Source: Deferribacterales bacterium (GTDB lineage: Bacteria > Chrysiogenota > Deferribacteres > Deferribacterales > Geovibrionaceae). From it: a stretch of 64,000 nucleotides of DNA. The stretch is from assembly GCA_050253075.1 (NCBI GenBank), contig JBFWJS010000001.1, positions 512,001 through 576,000 of the forward strand. The letters are read 5' to 3'. The notes under the pieces are model-generated. The model was given only the letters and a program-made list of their open reading frames with translations, searched no databases and had not been told where the DNA came from. Of this stretch, positions 39,403 through 48,530 are shown piece after piece. Within the stretch, counting starts at the first letter, position 1, and the number at the start of each line of letters is the position of its first letter. The position numbers were made by a program, and so were the translations under genes.

Positions 39403-40683
39403 ATGAGTAAGCAAAGGTTCGAGACGATCGCTATACACGGTGCATACAGGCCGGACGAAAAGACAGGCGCGACACAGGTTCCTATTTATCACTCAAATGC
39501 TTTCGAATTTAAAAGCATTGAGCACGCCGTCAGCCTTTTCGACCTGAAAGCTCCGGGATACATCTATTCCAGGCTGAACAACCCTACAGTAGACATACTG
39601 GAGCAGAGAGTAGCGATGCTCGAGGGCGGTGTAGCCGCTGTTGCCACATCTGCGGGGCAGTTCGCCACATACATGGCGATAACAACCATCGCAGGCGCAG
39701 GCGATAATATCGTCGCATCAGGAAAGCTCTACGGCGGTACATACAACCTTTTCGTACATACATTTAAAAAGCTCGGCATAGAGTTCCGCCTTGTTGATCA
39801 GGACGACCTCGAAGCATACAAAGCGGCAATAGATGAAAAAACAAAAGCTATATATATAGAATCCGTGAGCAACCCCGCAAGCGACCTTCCCGATATAGAT
39901 TCAATATCTGCCATCGCGAAGGAATACAAGCTCCCGCTCATCGTGGATAACACATACACCTCACCATACCTCTTTAAGCCTATCGAGCACGGTGCGGACA
40001 TCGTACTCCACTCCATGACAAAGTTCATGGGCGGACACGGCGCAGCTATGGGCGGTGTTGTTGTCGATGCGGGTACGTTCGACTGGAAAGGGAGCGGCAG
40101 ATTCCCTGAATTCACCGAACCGGACCCTTCATATCACGGCACGGTATACGCAGAAGCATTCGGCAATATGGCTTTCGCCATTAAGATGAGAGTGCAGATA
40201 CTCAGAGATGTGGGCGGTACACTTTCGCCTTCGAATGCTTTCCAGATACTCTGCGGGCTTGAGACCCTCGCCCTCAGAATGGAGCGTCACTGTGAAAATG
40301 CTTATAAACTCGCAGGCTTCCTCCTCGGATGTGAGGATGTGGAATGGGTTAACTATCCCGACCTGCCGGACAACAGAAACTATAAACGTGTTAAAGAACT
40401 GATGCCTAATGGCTCCGGTGCTATGATGTCCTTCGGGCTGAAGGGCGGATACGAAGCCTCCGTTAAATTCATCGAAAACGTGAAGCTGGCTATCCACGCC
40501 ACAAACCTCGGCGACGTGCGCACCATCGTGACACATCCGGCGAGCACGACACACCGTCAGCTCTCCGACGAACAGCTCGAGACTGCGGGCATTCCGAAAA
40601 GCCTCGTGCGTGTGGCTGTCGGCATCGAGCACATAGACGATATAATCGAAGACTTTCAGCAGGCTATGAAAGCAGGTAAATAA
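39403..40683 (+). CDS. metY: O-acetylhomoserine aminocarboxypropyltransferase
   Basis: YIYSRLNNPT, VDNT, HSMTKFMGGHG PLP motif. Start re-called at ATG 39403 after GGAGG. Confidence 0.93.
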   Translation: MSKQRFETIAIHGAYRPDEKTGATQVPIYHSNAFEFKSIEHAVSLFDLKAPGYIYSRLNNPTVDILEQRVAMLEGGVAAVATSAGQFATYMAITTIAGAGDNIVASGKLYGGTYNLFVHTFKKLGIEFRLVDQDDLEAYKAAIDEKTKAIYIESVSNPASDLPDIDSISAIAKEYKLPLIVDNTYTSPYLFKPIEHGADIVLHSMTKFMGGHGAAMGGVVVDAGTFDWKGSGRFPEFTEPDPSYHGTVYAEAFGNMAFAIKMRVQILRDVGGTLSPSNAFQILCGLETLALRMERHCENAYKLAGFLLGCEDVEWVNYPDLPDNRNYKRVKELMPNGSGAMMSFGLKGGYEASVKFIENVKLAIHATNLGDVRTIVTHPASTTHRQLSDEQLETAGIPKSLVRVAVGIEHIDDIIEDFQQAMKAGK

Positions 40684-40685
40684 TT

Positions 40686-41795
40686 ATGTCAGATTCTGTC
40701 GGCGTTGTAAAAACGCAGTACGTCACGCTTAAAGACGATTTCTTTTTTGAGAGTGGACGGGTTATCTCCGGCGTTACGGTTGCCTATGAAACATACGGCA
40801 AACTGAACGAAGATAAGAGCAATGCCATACTGGTGTGCCATGCCCTCACGGGTAATGCCCACGCCGCAGGATATAACAGAGAAGACGAGCAAAAGCCCGG
40901 GTGGTGGGATCAGATGATCGGCCCGGGTAAAGCCTTTGATACAAATAAATATTTCGTTATCTGCTCCAACTTCCTCGGGAGCTGTTTCGGTACTACGGGC
41001 CCGAGCTCCGTAGACCCTCAGACAAAGAAACGCTACGGGCTTAAATTCCCCGTTGTGACTGTCAGAGACATGGTGAAACTGCAGAAAAAGCTGATAGACT
41101 ACCTCGGCATAGAAAAACTCCACTGCGTAGCGGGCGGTTCTATGGGCGGTATGCAGGCTCTCGAATGGGGCGCAACATTCCCATACGCCACAAAGAGCAT
41201 AATCCCTATCGCCGCATCGGCAGCCGTGACGCCTATGGCGATAGCATTCAACGCCATTGCAAAGTTCGCCATTATGAAAGACCCGAACTGGCGGGGCGGA
41301 GAATATTACGACGACGTGACACCTGTGGACGGGCTTGCCATAGCCCGCATGGCGGGGCACATCACGTATATGTCCGATGCCTCTTTCCACAGTAAATTCG
41401 GGCGGAGATACGCCAATTTTGAAGGTATATACGACTTCAAAGGTCTGTTCGAAGTGGAGAACTACCTCAGATATAACGGATATAAATTCACCGAAGTATA
41501 CGATGCCAATACATACCTTTACGTGCTGAAGGCTATGGACATCTTCGACCTTGCCTACGGACGCAACGGTCTGAAGGATGCTCTGCGCCTTATCACGGCA
41601 AAGACGCTGTTCATCACCTTTACGTCAGACTTCCTCTTTCCTCCGTATCAGACGGAAGAGCTGGTCAGCCTGATGAAGGAAATAGGCAACGAACCCGAGT
41701 GGCATAACATACAGTCCGACTACGGCCATGATGCTTTCCTTCTGGAGTTCGAGACACAGACGGACATCATCAGGGACTATCTGGAAAAGGTCTGA
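40686..41795 (+). CDS. metX: Homoserine O-acetyltransferase
   Basis: CHALTG, GGSMGGMQ, YGHDAFL. Confidence 0.95.
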   Translation: MSDSVGVVKTQYVTLKDDFFFESGRVISGVTVAYETYGKLNEDKSNAILVCHALTGNAHAAGYNREDEQKPGWWDQMIGPGKAFDTNKYFVICSNFLGSCFGTTGPSSVDPQTKKRYGLKFPVVTVRDMVKLQKKLIDYLGIEKLHCVAGGSMGGMQALEWGATFPYATKSIIPIAASAAVTPMAIAFNAIAKFAIMKDPNWRGGEYYDDVTPVDGLAIARMAGHITYMSDASFHSKFGRRYANFEGIYDFKGLFEVENYLRYNGYKFTEVYDANTYLYVLKAMDIFDLAYGRNGLKDALRLITAKTLFITFTSDFLFPPYQTEELVSLMKEIGNEPEWHNIQSDYGHDAFLLEFETQTDIIRDYLEKV

Positions 41796-42508
41796 TGGGA
41801 TTCGACAACTCTGCCGAAAACTACCTTAAAAGCACCGACCACGCTGTCGGGAGCGACCTTGACTATTTCGAAAAATATTTTGCGGGCAGACGCTTTGACA
41901 GGGCTCTTGATGTGGCATGTGCCGCGGGGCATTTCGCCGCTGCTTTCCCTGCTGAGGATATCTATACCGCCGACATCAGCCTGAACATGCTGAAAACGGC
42001 GAAAAACTCATTCGGCTTTGACAAGCCTGTCCTGACAAGGGGCGAATTCCTGCCTTACAAAGACGATACGTTCGACCTTGTGGGATGCCGCATAGCCATG
42101 CATCACTTTATGAACCCCTGCATGTTTATAAACGATGTCTTCCGTGTGCTGAAGGCGGGCGGATACTTTGTGCTGATAGACTCTGTGGTCGGCTTCGAGG
42201 ATGCAGAGCTGAACCGCATAGAGCTCATCAGAGACACCACACACCGCAGGAGCTTTAAGGTAGAGGAAATACTGGCTATGGCTTCTGTGGAAGGCTTTGA
42301 GACGGAGGCGTCCGAGGTATTTTATAAAGAGCACATATTCGAAGAGTGGGCACGCAGGCTGAAACCTTCCGAAGAGCAGTATGAAGCGACAAAGGAAGCA
42401 TTCCTCTCTCTCCCTGAAAAGGTCAAAAAAGAACTCCGCCTGAAAACCGACGGCGGAACAATCCTCTCCTACACCGATAAAAAAGCCGTATTTATATTCA
42501 AAAAATAA
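41795..42508 (+). CDS. Class I SAM-dependent methyltransferase
   Basis: LDVACAAGH, LPYKDDTFDLV, RVLKAGG; stop/start overlap with metX. Confidence 0.88.
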   Translation: MGFDNSAENYLKSTDHAVGSDLDYFEKYFAGRRFDRALDVACAAGHFAAAFPAEDIYTADISLNMLKTAKNSFGFDKPVLTRGEFLPYKDDTFDLVGCRIAMHHFMNPCMFINDVFRVLKAGGYFVLIDSVVGFEDAELNRIELIRDTTHRRSFKVEEILAMASVEGFETEASEVFYKEHIFEEWARRLKPSEEQYEATKEAFLSLPEKVKKELRLKTDGGTILSYTDKKAVFIFKK

Positions 42509-42517
42509 CCTGCCTGC

Positions 42518-42551
42518 GTCATTGCGAGGAATTTTAATGACGAAGCAATCT
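42518..42551. repeat. GTCATTGCGAG repeat, left half only
   Basis: GTCATTGCGAGGAATTTTAATGACGAAGCAATCT. Confidence 0.8.
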
Positions 42552-42570
42552 TAGCCTATTTAATATGAAT

Positions 42571-42618
42571 AGGTTGACAATAAAGTTGTCAACTTTTATA
42601 TTAAAGTTGTCAACTTTA
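42571..42618 (+). promoter_or_regulatory. sigma70 promoter overlaid by repeated AAAGTTGTCAACTTT operator boxes
   Basis: TTGACA (42574)-N17-TATATT (42597); boxes at 42582-42596 and 42603-42617, plus a partial inverted box at 42571. Confidence 0.8.
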
Positions 42619-42628
42619 GAGGTGATAT

Positions 42629-43663
42629 ATGCGTGAAAGAACTAAGCAGATCAGAGAATTTATCCTTGAGAATGTTGAAAGCCATCCTAAAGATATAGCT
42701 GCTGTGACTGCAAAGAAGTTTGATATTTCCAGACAAGCAGTGAATAAGCATTTAAATACATTGACTGAAGAAGATATAATTCTTGCTAAAGGAAATAGAA
42801 ACAAAAGAGAGTATTTTGATATTTATTACTTAAGTTTCATAAAACGATATGACCTTGATGGACTTGATGAATCAATTGTTTTTGTTAATGATGTTGCACC
42901 TGTTTTTGTGAATTTCCCCAAGAATACATTGGATATTATAGAGTATGTTTTTACTGAAATTGTAAATAACGCAATTGATCATTCCGAAGGTGATGAATTA
43001 TGGGTACAGTTTTATGAAAGCCATACTCGTTTTGTTATGTATATTTATGATAACGGAGTGGGGATATTTAAAAAAATAATGAATGCGTTACAACTGCCAG
43101 ATGAAAAACTTGCGATTTTAGAACTGGCGAAGGGGAAATTCACAACAGATCCCGAAAATCATTCAGGTGAAGGTATATTCTTTTCAGCAAAAGCAAGCGA
43201 TAAATTCGAAATCATCTCTAATAGTAACCATTTTATGCATGATCTTAGCTCAAAATACGAGGATATGCTAAAAGATACTGACAGCAAGGCTGGTACTCAA
43301 ATCATTTTCGAAATTAAAAAGAAAACTAGAACAACACTTAAAGAAATCTTTGATAAATATTCAGATGATGAGTATGGATTTACAAAGACAGTAGTAAATG
43401 TTGAGCTTCTTCGTATTGGGAACGAGAATCTTATTTCGCGTTCTCAGGCTAAGAGGCTGATTGCCAGATTTGAAAAATTCAAGCATATCGAGCTGGATTT
43501 CAGTAATGTAGATTTTATAGGTCAAGCCTTTGCCGACGAAGTTTTTAGGGTTTTTCAACGCAAATACCCTGAAATAGTACTTGAGCCTGTGAATACCACG
43601 GAAGATGTGGATAAAATGATAAAAAGAGCAAGAGCGAAGCTGAAAGAGATGGAGCAAAACTAA
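42629..43663 (+). CDS. wHTH - GHKL ATPase - STAS-like (DUF4325) fusion protein
   Basis: ISRQAVNKHL HTH; EIVNNAIDHS, DNGVG, GEGIF; SRSQAKRL...LDFSNVDFIGQAFADEVF. AT-rich gene. Confidence 0.85.
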   Translation: MRERTKQIREFILENVESHPKDIAAVTAKKFDISRQAVNKHLNTLTEEDIILAKGNRNKREYFDIYYLSFIKRYDLDGLDESIVFVNDVAPVFVNFPKNTLDIIEYVFTEIVNNAIDHSEGDELWVQFYESHTRFVMYIYDNGVGIFKKIMNALQLPDEKLAILELAKGKFTTDPENHSGEGIFFSAKASDKFEIISNSNHFMHDLSSKYEDMLKDTDSKAGTQIIFEIKKKTRTTLKEIFDKYSDDEYGFTKTVVNVELLRIGNENLISRSQAKRLIARFEKFKHIELDFSNVDFIGQAFADEVFRVFQRKYPEIVLEPVNTTEDVDKMIKRARAKLKEMEQN

Positions 43664-43717
43664 GCATTGCAGGTGATCAGATTTTGTTTTATTGTTGGGT
43701 ATGGGTGTTTATAAATA

Positions 43718-45505
43718 ATGACAACAGGACAAAGGTTTAATCTGCCTGTCATAGGCCGCTGGTTTATCCTCGGGTCTATCGTCGGGCTTGTTTCCGGTAT
43801 AGGGGCTATCATCTTCTTCCTGCTTCTGCAGGGGAGCTCCTTCTTCTTCATGGACTACATTGTAGGTCTGAGAGTGGAGGAAACTGCCGGTGAGCACGCC
43901 ATCTTCGGACATGCCGCAACAGAGCTTAAACGCTGGATGATATTCTTTGTCCCTGCTTTCGGCGGACTTTTATCAGGTTTTCTCGTATATAAATTTGCTC
44001 CCGAGGCGGAAGGCCACGGGACAGACGCAGCCATCAAAGCAATCCATTTTAAAAACGGACAGATAAGCTGGCAGGTGCCTATCATAAAGACATTCGCCAG
44101 TACCATCACTATCGGAACAGGCGGTTCAGGAGGACGAGAGGGTCCCATTGCACAGATCGGTGCGGGTTTCGCATCGTTTCTCGGCTCTGCTCTGAAACTG
44201 TCCGACAGGGAAAAACGCATCCTCACCGCCGCAGGCATGGGTGCGGGTGTCGGCGCTATATTCCGTTCGCCTCTGGCGGGTGCGATATTCGCTGCGGAGG
44301 TCTTATACTCCAGCTCTGATATGGAATACGAGGCACTTCTCCCCTCGACTATTACATCCATCATAGCCTATTCCGTCTTTTGCTCCGTATACGGCTGGGA
44401 ACCACTTTTCGGCACTCCCGACTTCGCATTTCAAAACCCTGCAGAGCTCATAGGATACTCTATACTAGGCTTTGCCTGTGCGCTTTTCGGATGGATATAC
44501 GTCAGGACATTTTACGGCATACATAAAGCATTTAAAAAGATGCACGTATCTGTTTATATAAAACCCGTTATCGGCGGTCTGCTCACAGGCTGCATAGGCT
44601 TCTTTATCCCGCAGGCTCTCTCGGGCAGTTATTCCCAGATAGAGCTGGGCATGCAGGGACAGCTTACCATCGGGTTCATCTTCATACTCATATTCGCAAA
44701 GATACTGACCACGTCTTTCAGCATTGGTTCAGGCGGTTCTGCGGGTATATTCGGTCCTTCGATGGTAATAGGTGCCGCTGTGGGCGGTTTTGTCGGGCTT
44801 GCTCTGAATAAGCTCGTGCCGTTCATCGCTCCCGAGCCGGGGGCTTATGTCGTCGTGGGTATGGCGGGCTTTTTCAGCGGTATAGCGAATACGCCCCTTT
44901 CGACCATCATAATGGTGAGCGAGATGACGGGGAACTATCATCTGCTCGTGCCGTCTATGTGGGTGAGCACCCTTGCCTTTCTGCTTTTACGGAAGACCAC
45001 AATGTATGTAAATCAGGTGCCTATGCGGAGCGAATCGCCCATCCATAAGGGTGAGTTCTTCGTGCAGGTGCTTCAGGATATAAAGGTCGCAGATGTCATG
45101 CGCCCGGACCCTATCATCCTTCCCGAGGATATGAAGTTTCACGACGTTTTTCAGTTTATCTCCCATACAAAGCACAACAACTTCCCCGTTGTGAAGGATG
45201 ACGATGTGCTGGTGGGTGTGCTCCTTTTCGAAGAGATACGTGAATTTGTATTTGAAGAAGGGCTGGAAGATCTGGTGGTAGCCGGTGAGGTGTGTGAGAA
45301 AGATGTTCCGACCATCCTGCCTACAAGCTCTCTGGCGGATGCCATCGAGTCCATCGGGTTTAAGAATGTCGAACTGCTCCCCGTTGTCGACCCTGAGACA
45401 CGTACAAAGCTGATGGGTATCATTACCCGCAGGGACATCATATCCACATATAACAAAGTGCTGCGTAAGCGTCAGAGCGAGAAAACAGAAGAGGTAGAGT
45501 TCTGA
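43718..45505 (+). CDS. ClC chloride channel/antiporter with CBS pair
   Basis: GHGTD, GGSGGREGP, GGSAGIFGP, C-terminal CBS domains. Confidence 0.93.
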   Translation: MTTGQRFNLPVIGRWFILGSIVGLVSGIGAIIFFLLLQGSSFFFMDYIVGLRVEETAGEHAIFGHAATELKRWMIFFVPAFGGLLSGFLVYKFAPEAEGHGTDAAIKAIHFKNGQISWQVPIIKTFASTITIGTGGSGGREGPIAQIGAGFASFLGSALKLSDREKRILTAAGMGAGVGAIFRSPLAGAIFAAEVLYSSSDMEYEALLPSTITSIIAYSVFCSVYGWEPLFGTPDFAFQNPAELIGYSILGFACALFGWIYVRTFYGIHKAFKKMHVSVYIKPVIGGLLTGCIGFFIPQALSGSYSQIELGMQGQLTIGFIFILIFAKILTTSFSIGSGGSAGIFGPSMVIGAAVGGFVGLALNKLVPFIAPEPGAYVVVGMAGFFSGIANTPLSTIIMVSEMTGNYHLLVPSMWVSTLAFLLLRKTTMYVNQVPMRSESPIHKGEFFVQVLQDIKVADVMRPDPIILPEDMKFHDVFQFISHTKHNNFPVVKDDDVLVGVLLFEEIREFVFEEGLEDLVVAGEVCEKDVPTILPTSSLADAIESIGFKNVELLPVVDPETRTKLMGIITRRDIISTYNKVLRKRQSEKTEEVEF

Positions 45506-45522
45506 TTAGTTAGATTAAAAAA

Positions 45523-45710
45523 ATCCGTCCTTGGATTTTTTAATTCACGCTCAGTCCGACAAGTCGTGACTTCGCTCCGCTTCGCGAGATACGTCCCTGT
45601 ATCTTTGGGTGCATGTGTTAGTGTCTATCCGTCCTTGGATTTTTTAATTCACGCTCAGTCCGACAAGTCGTGACTTCGCTCCGCTTCGTGAGCTACATCC
45701 ATGTATCTTT
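45523..45710 (-). repeat. Two 84-bp direct repeats (period 104 bp) with four GGA-hexaloop hairpins on the minus strand; candidate CsrA-binding RNA
   Basis: Copies at 45523-45606 and 45627-45710 differ at 4 positions; loops are AAGGAC (twice), AGGGAC and ATGGAT. Confidence 0.85.
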
Positions 45711-45766
45711 AGTCACTAGTATTCATGCGTGGATGAATGATCAAATCACAGCATTAGAGCGTGGAA

Positions 45767-45854
45767 GTCATTGCGAGGAATTCAATGACGAAGCAATCTC
45801 GGGGCTAATTAACGAGTTCAGGGACTGCCACAGCCCTGCGGGCTTCGCAGTGAC
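45767..45854. repeat. Full GTCATTGCGAG...TTCGCAGTGAC palindromic repeat
   Basis: Arms near-identical to 17726-17811 with an unrelated central spacer. Confidence 0.85.
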
Positions 45855-46083
45855 GTTTTTTCATATGCTCTACAACGAAGTTGTAACCTCGTGCATTAAG
45901 CACATGCGTAGCACTAGGACTACGGATTTACCTGAAATCTATAATTAATCTGTGCTTGATTTTTTAATTCACCTTCAGGTTGTCTTGAGTTATCTATCGT
46001 CATGTTCTAGTAAAAAAATGATTCCGTAACCGCCTGTGTATTCTGGGAAAATTAAATTGTGTAAATTTATTCAAAATTTTTTC

Positions 46084-46110
46084 TTAAGTTATCGTTTTTA
46101 TGGTCGATAC
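46084..46110 (+). promoter_or_regulatory. sigma28 (FliA) promoter
   Basis: TTAAGTTA-N11-GTCGATAC versus consensus TAAAGTTT-N11-GCCGATAA; upstream of a flagellin gene. Confidence 0.7.
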
Positions 46111-46117
46111 GATATAA

Positions 46118-46146
46118 GCAAGGATGCGCAATAAGAACAGGGAAGT
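46118..46146 (+). promoter_or_regulatory. Two CsrA-binding sites in the flagellin leader
   Basis: GC-AAGGAT-GC (46118-46127) and AC-AGGGAA-GT (46137-46146). Confidence 0.7.
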
Positions 46147-46164
46147 GCCCGTATAGGTGCGACC

Positions 46165-48159
46165 ATGAGCAGCATATACTACGCATCCAGTGCGACCAAT
46201 CTTTCTGCGTCCACTGCCGCGAATTACATGAATCGGTTCCAGGACGCTGTCAATCAATCAGTTGAGAGAATATCGTCCGGAAAAAAACTTAATTCCGCCA
46301 GTGATGACCCGTCACAGGTAGGCTATGCCGGCAGAATGCGCGCAGCCATTATGTCCTACAGAAAACTGAATGATAATATGCAGGACACGATAAGCATGCT
46401 TCAGACTGCGGACTACGCCGTATCCGGCACAGGCGGTATCGAATCCGTACTGCAGACCATCAGGGAAAAGGCTGTGCAGTCTGAGAATGTCACGCTCTCT
46501 TCACAGGACAGGCTGAACCTTCAGCTGGAGATAGAAGACCTGATAGAAGAGCTGGACGACATAGCCAAGACCACCGAATTCAACACGAAAAAACTGCTGA
46601 ACGGCGAAATGGGGGCAAAGCTCTCCAGTACGTCTGCCGACCTCGGCGGATACGCCACGGATGTTGTCAGCTCGGGATCATATTATTTCACAGACATCGA
46701 AGGTGCGACAAAACATGTCTTCGATGCGGATAATGCTCCGACACCGACTACTGATATCGCCATAGCCGACTACGACTATTCATCCACCCTCGGCATCAGC
46801 GGCTCCATCACTCTGGACGGCACAAATGCAAATGCCACAGGGGACTATGAGATACTCTTTAACAGTACATCCGGCTTCAGCGTGTATAACAACTCCACGG
46901 GGGTGCTGACAGCATCCGGCACAGTCGGCACAGAATTCACCCTGAACGGTATGGGTATAACAATAGAGAGCGACGGCACATTTGCCACTGATTATAAACT
47001 GAATATCTCCACCACAAACGGAAGCAATACCCTGACATCCGCCGAAGAGGGGAACAGAGGCACAAGCGCAGCGACAACCCTCACTGCGGGTACGTGGGGA
47101 TCAGACACCATGCTGAACTCTGCATTTTATCTGAAATTCACATACGACAGCGGAGCTCTGAAGTATGCCGCCTTTGACGAGGACGGCACAAGGATGGGCT
47201 CATGGGTGGAATCGGGACAGGAGTTCACGGCTTACGACTCTTCAAAGCTGGACGGAAGCTCGTTCACATTTACATCTGCTGATGCAGGCATCGGCGATAT
47301 CTGGAAAGTGGAATTCGGCAGCTATGACGCCCTCGGCTCCGCAGGGGGAACAGTATCCATAGCGAATGCCACGGCATCTTTCACATTCAGCTATACAGGC
47401 GACGATCAGCTCAGCGACATCGTGGACTATATAAACGAGAACGGCGCAGGCATAGCCACCGCATCCCTTGATACCTCTACCGGCTCGAGTATTCTAAAGA
47501 TCGAAGCGGACAATTACGGCGAGGAATACCGCCTGAATATGCGTGATGTCACCGGCAACCTCGTGTCTGCTCTCGGGCTGACAGAGGACGCAGACACAGG
47601 CACAGACGCCAGCCTTAAATACAGCGGAAAAACCTATGAGTCGTCTACGGGCTACTTTTACGGCATAGAGGACAATCTGGTCTTCGAAGTGGCAAATGAC
47701 GCATCCGTCGCAAGCGGATATGTGAACGTCACAGACAAATCACTGACACAGTATATGAACGCAAACGGCGGCGACAACGGCGTGAGCATCTTCATCCGTG
47801 ACCTGACGGCTGAGGGGCTGGGGTTGAAGAGAGCCGACGGCACATATGCTCTGGATGTGACAGACAACGCAGGCTCGGCCGCAGCAATAGCGAAGATAGA
47901 CAGGGTTATAGACACTGTCTCCGAAGAGGCCGCAAAGGTCGGCAGCCTGATAAACGCAGTGGATTATCACGTGGACTTTACCACTGATATATATACGGAA
48001 TATGAGAGAAATCTCAGCCTGCATGAGGATACAGACTTTGCAGAAGAAACAGCGAACTACTACGCGGCAGTTGCAGGACGCGATGCAGCAGCGGCTATGG
48101 TCGCCCAGGCGAACCTTATGCCGAGCCGTGTGCTCGCCCTTCTGGGGGTGACAGGCTAG
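46165..48159 (+). CDS. Divergent flagellin family protein with large acidic insertion
   Basis: ERISSGKKLNSASDDP, LQTIREKAVQS, TTEFNTKKLLNG; C-terminus DTDFAEE...AQANLMPSRVLALLG. Confidence 0.9.
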   Translation: MSSIYYASSATNLSASTAANYMNRFQDAVNQSVERISSGKKLNSASDDPSQVGYAGRMRAAIMSYRKLNDNMQDTISMLQTADYAVSGTGGIESVLQTIREKAVQSENVTLSSQDRLNLQLEIEDLIEELDDIAKTTEFNTKKLLNGEMGAKLSSTSADLGGYATDVVSSGSYYFTDIEGATKHVFDADNAPTPTTDIAIADYDYSSTLGISGSITLDGTNANATGDYEILFNSTSGFSVYNNSTGVLTASGTVGTEFTLNGMGITIESDGTFATDYKLNISTTNGSNTLTSAEEGNRGTSAATTLTAGTWGSDTMLNSAFYLKFTYDSGALKYAAFDEDGTRMGSWVESGQEFTAYDSSKLDGSSFTFTSADAGIGDIWKVEFGSYDALGSAGGTVSIANATASFTFSYTGDDQLSDIVDYINENGAGIATASLDTSTGSSILKIEADNYGEEYRLNMRDVTGNLVSALGLTEDADTGTDASLKYSGKTYESSTGYFYGIEDNLVFEVANDASVASGYVNVTDKSLTQYMNANGGDNGVSIFIRDLTAEGLGLKRADGTYALDVTDNAGSAAAIAKIDRVIDTVSEEAAKVGSLINAVDYHVDFTTDIYTEYERNLSLHEDTDFAEETANYYAAVAGRDAAAAMVAQANLMPSRVLALLGVTG

Positions 48160-48189
48160 TTCTAAAAAGGACAGTATAGGAGGCAGTAA

Positions 48190-48513
48190 ATGGCTGTGTC
48201 AGTGTACGGTAATACATCGGCAATGCGTACGCAGTCTATGCTGACCACGGAGACGCAGAATATTGCAAGATCTGAACGTGCATACGAATCAGGGAGTTCG
48301 AAAGAATCGACAGGAATGGGTATGGACAAGGTCAGCATTTCAAAGGTAACTCTTGAGACATCAAGGGCTGTTAACGGCACTGCTAAAATTGAAAAGTCGG
48401 CGGGGTGTCTGTATAGCAAGAATCGTATTATTCCTGATATGCATGATTATATACAGATGATCAAGGATAATATGCAGGAACAGTACTCCGAAGACGACAG
48501 CTGTATAGGCTGA
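48190..48513 (+). CDS. Hypothetical protein with flagellin-like N-terminal 35 residues
   Basis: RBS AGGAGG; MAVSVYGNTSAMRTQSML...ESG; DKVSIS motif. Confidence 0.7.
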   Translation: MAVSVYGNTSAMRTQSMLTTETQNIARSERAYESGSSKESTGMGMDKVSISKVTLETSRAVNGTAKIEKSAGCLYSKNRIIPDMHDYIQMIKDNMQEQYSEDDSCIG

Positions 48514-48530
48514 AAACATAGGAGGCGGTT

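Noticed and set aside
45523..45710. CRISPR array
   Set aside because: Only two units, 84 bp long with a 20-bp gap, and no cas genes in the window.
45670..45948. 92-aa ORF from the track
   Set aside because: It is made of the tandem repeat and a palindromic element, with no RBS or recognisable domain.
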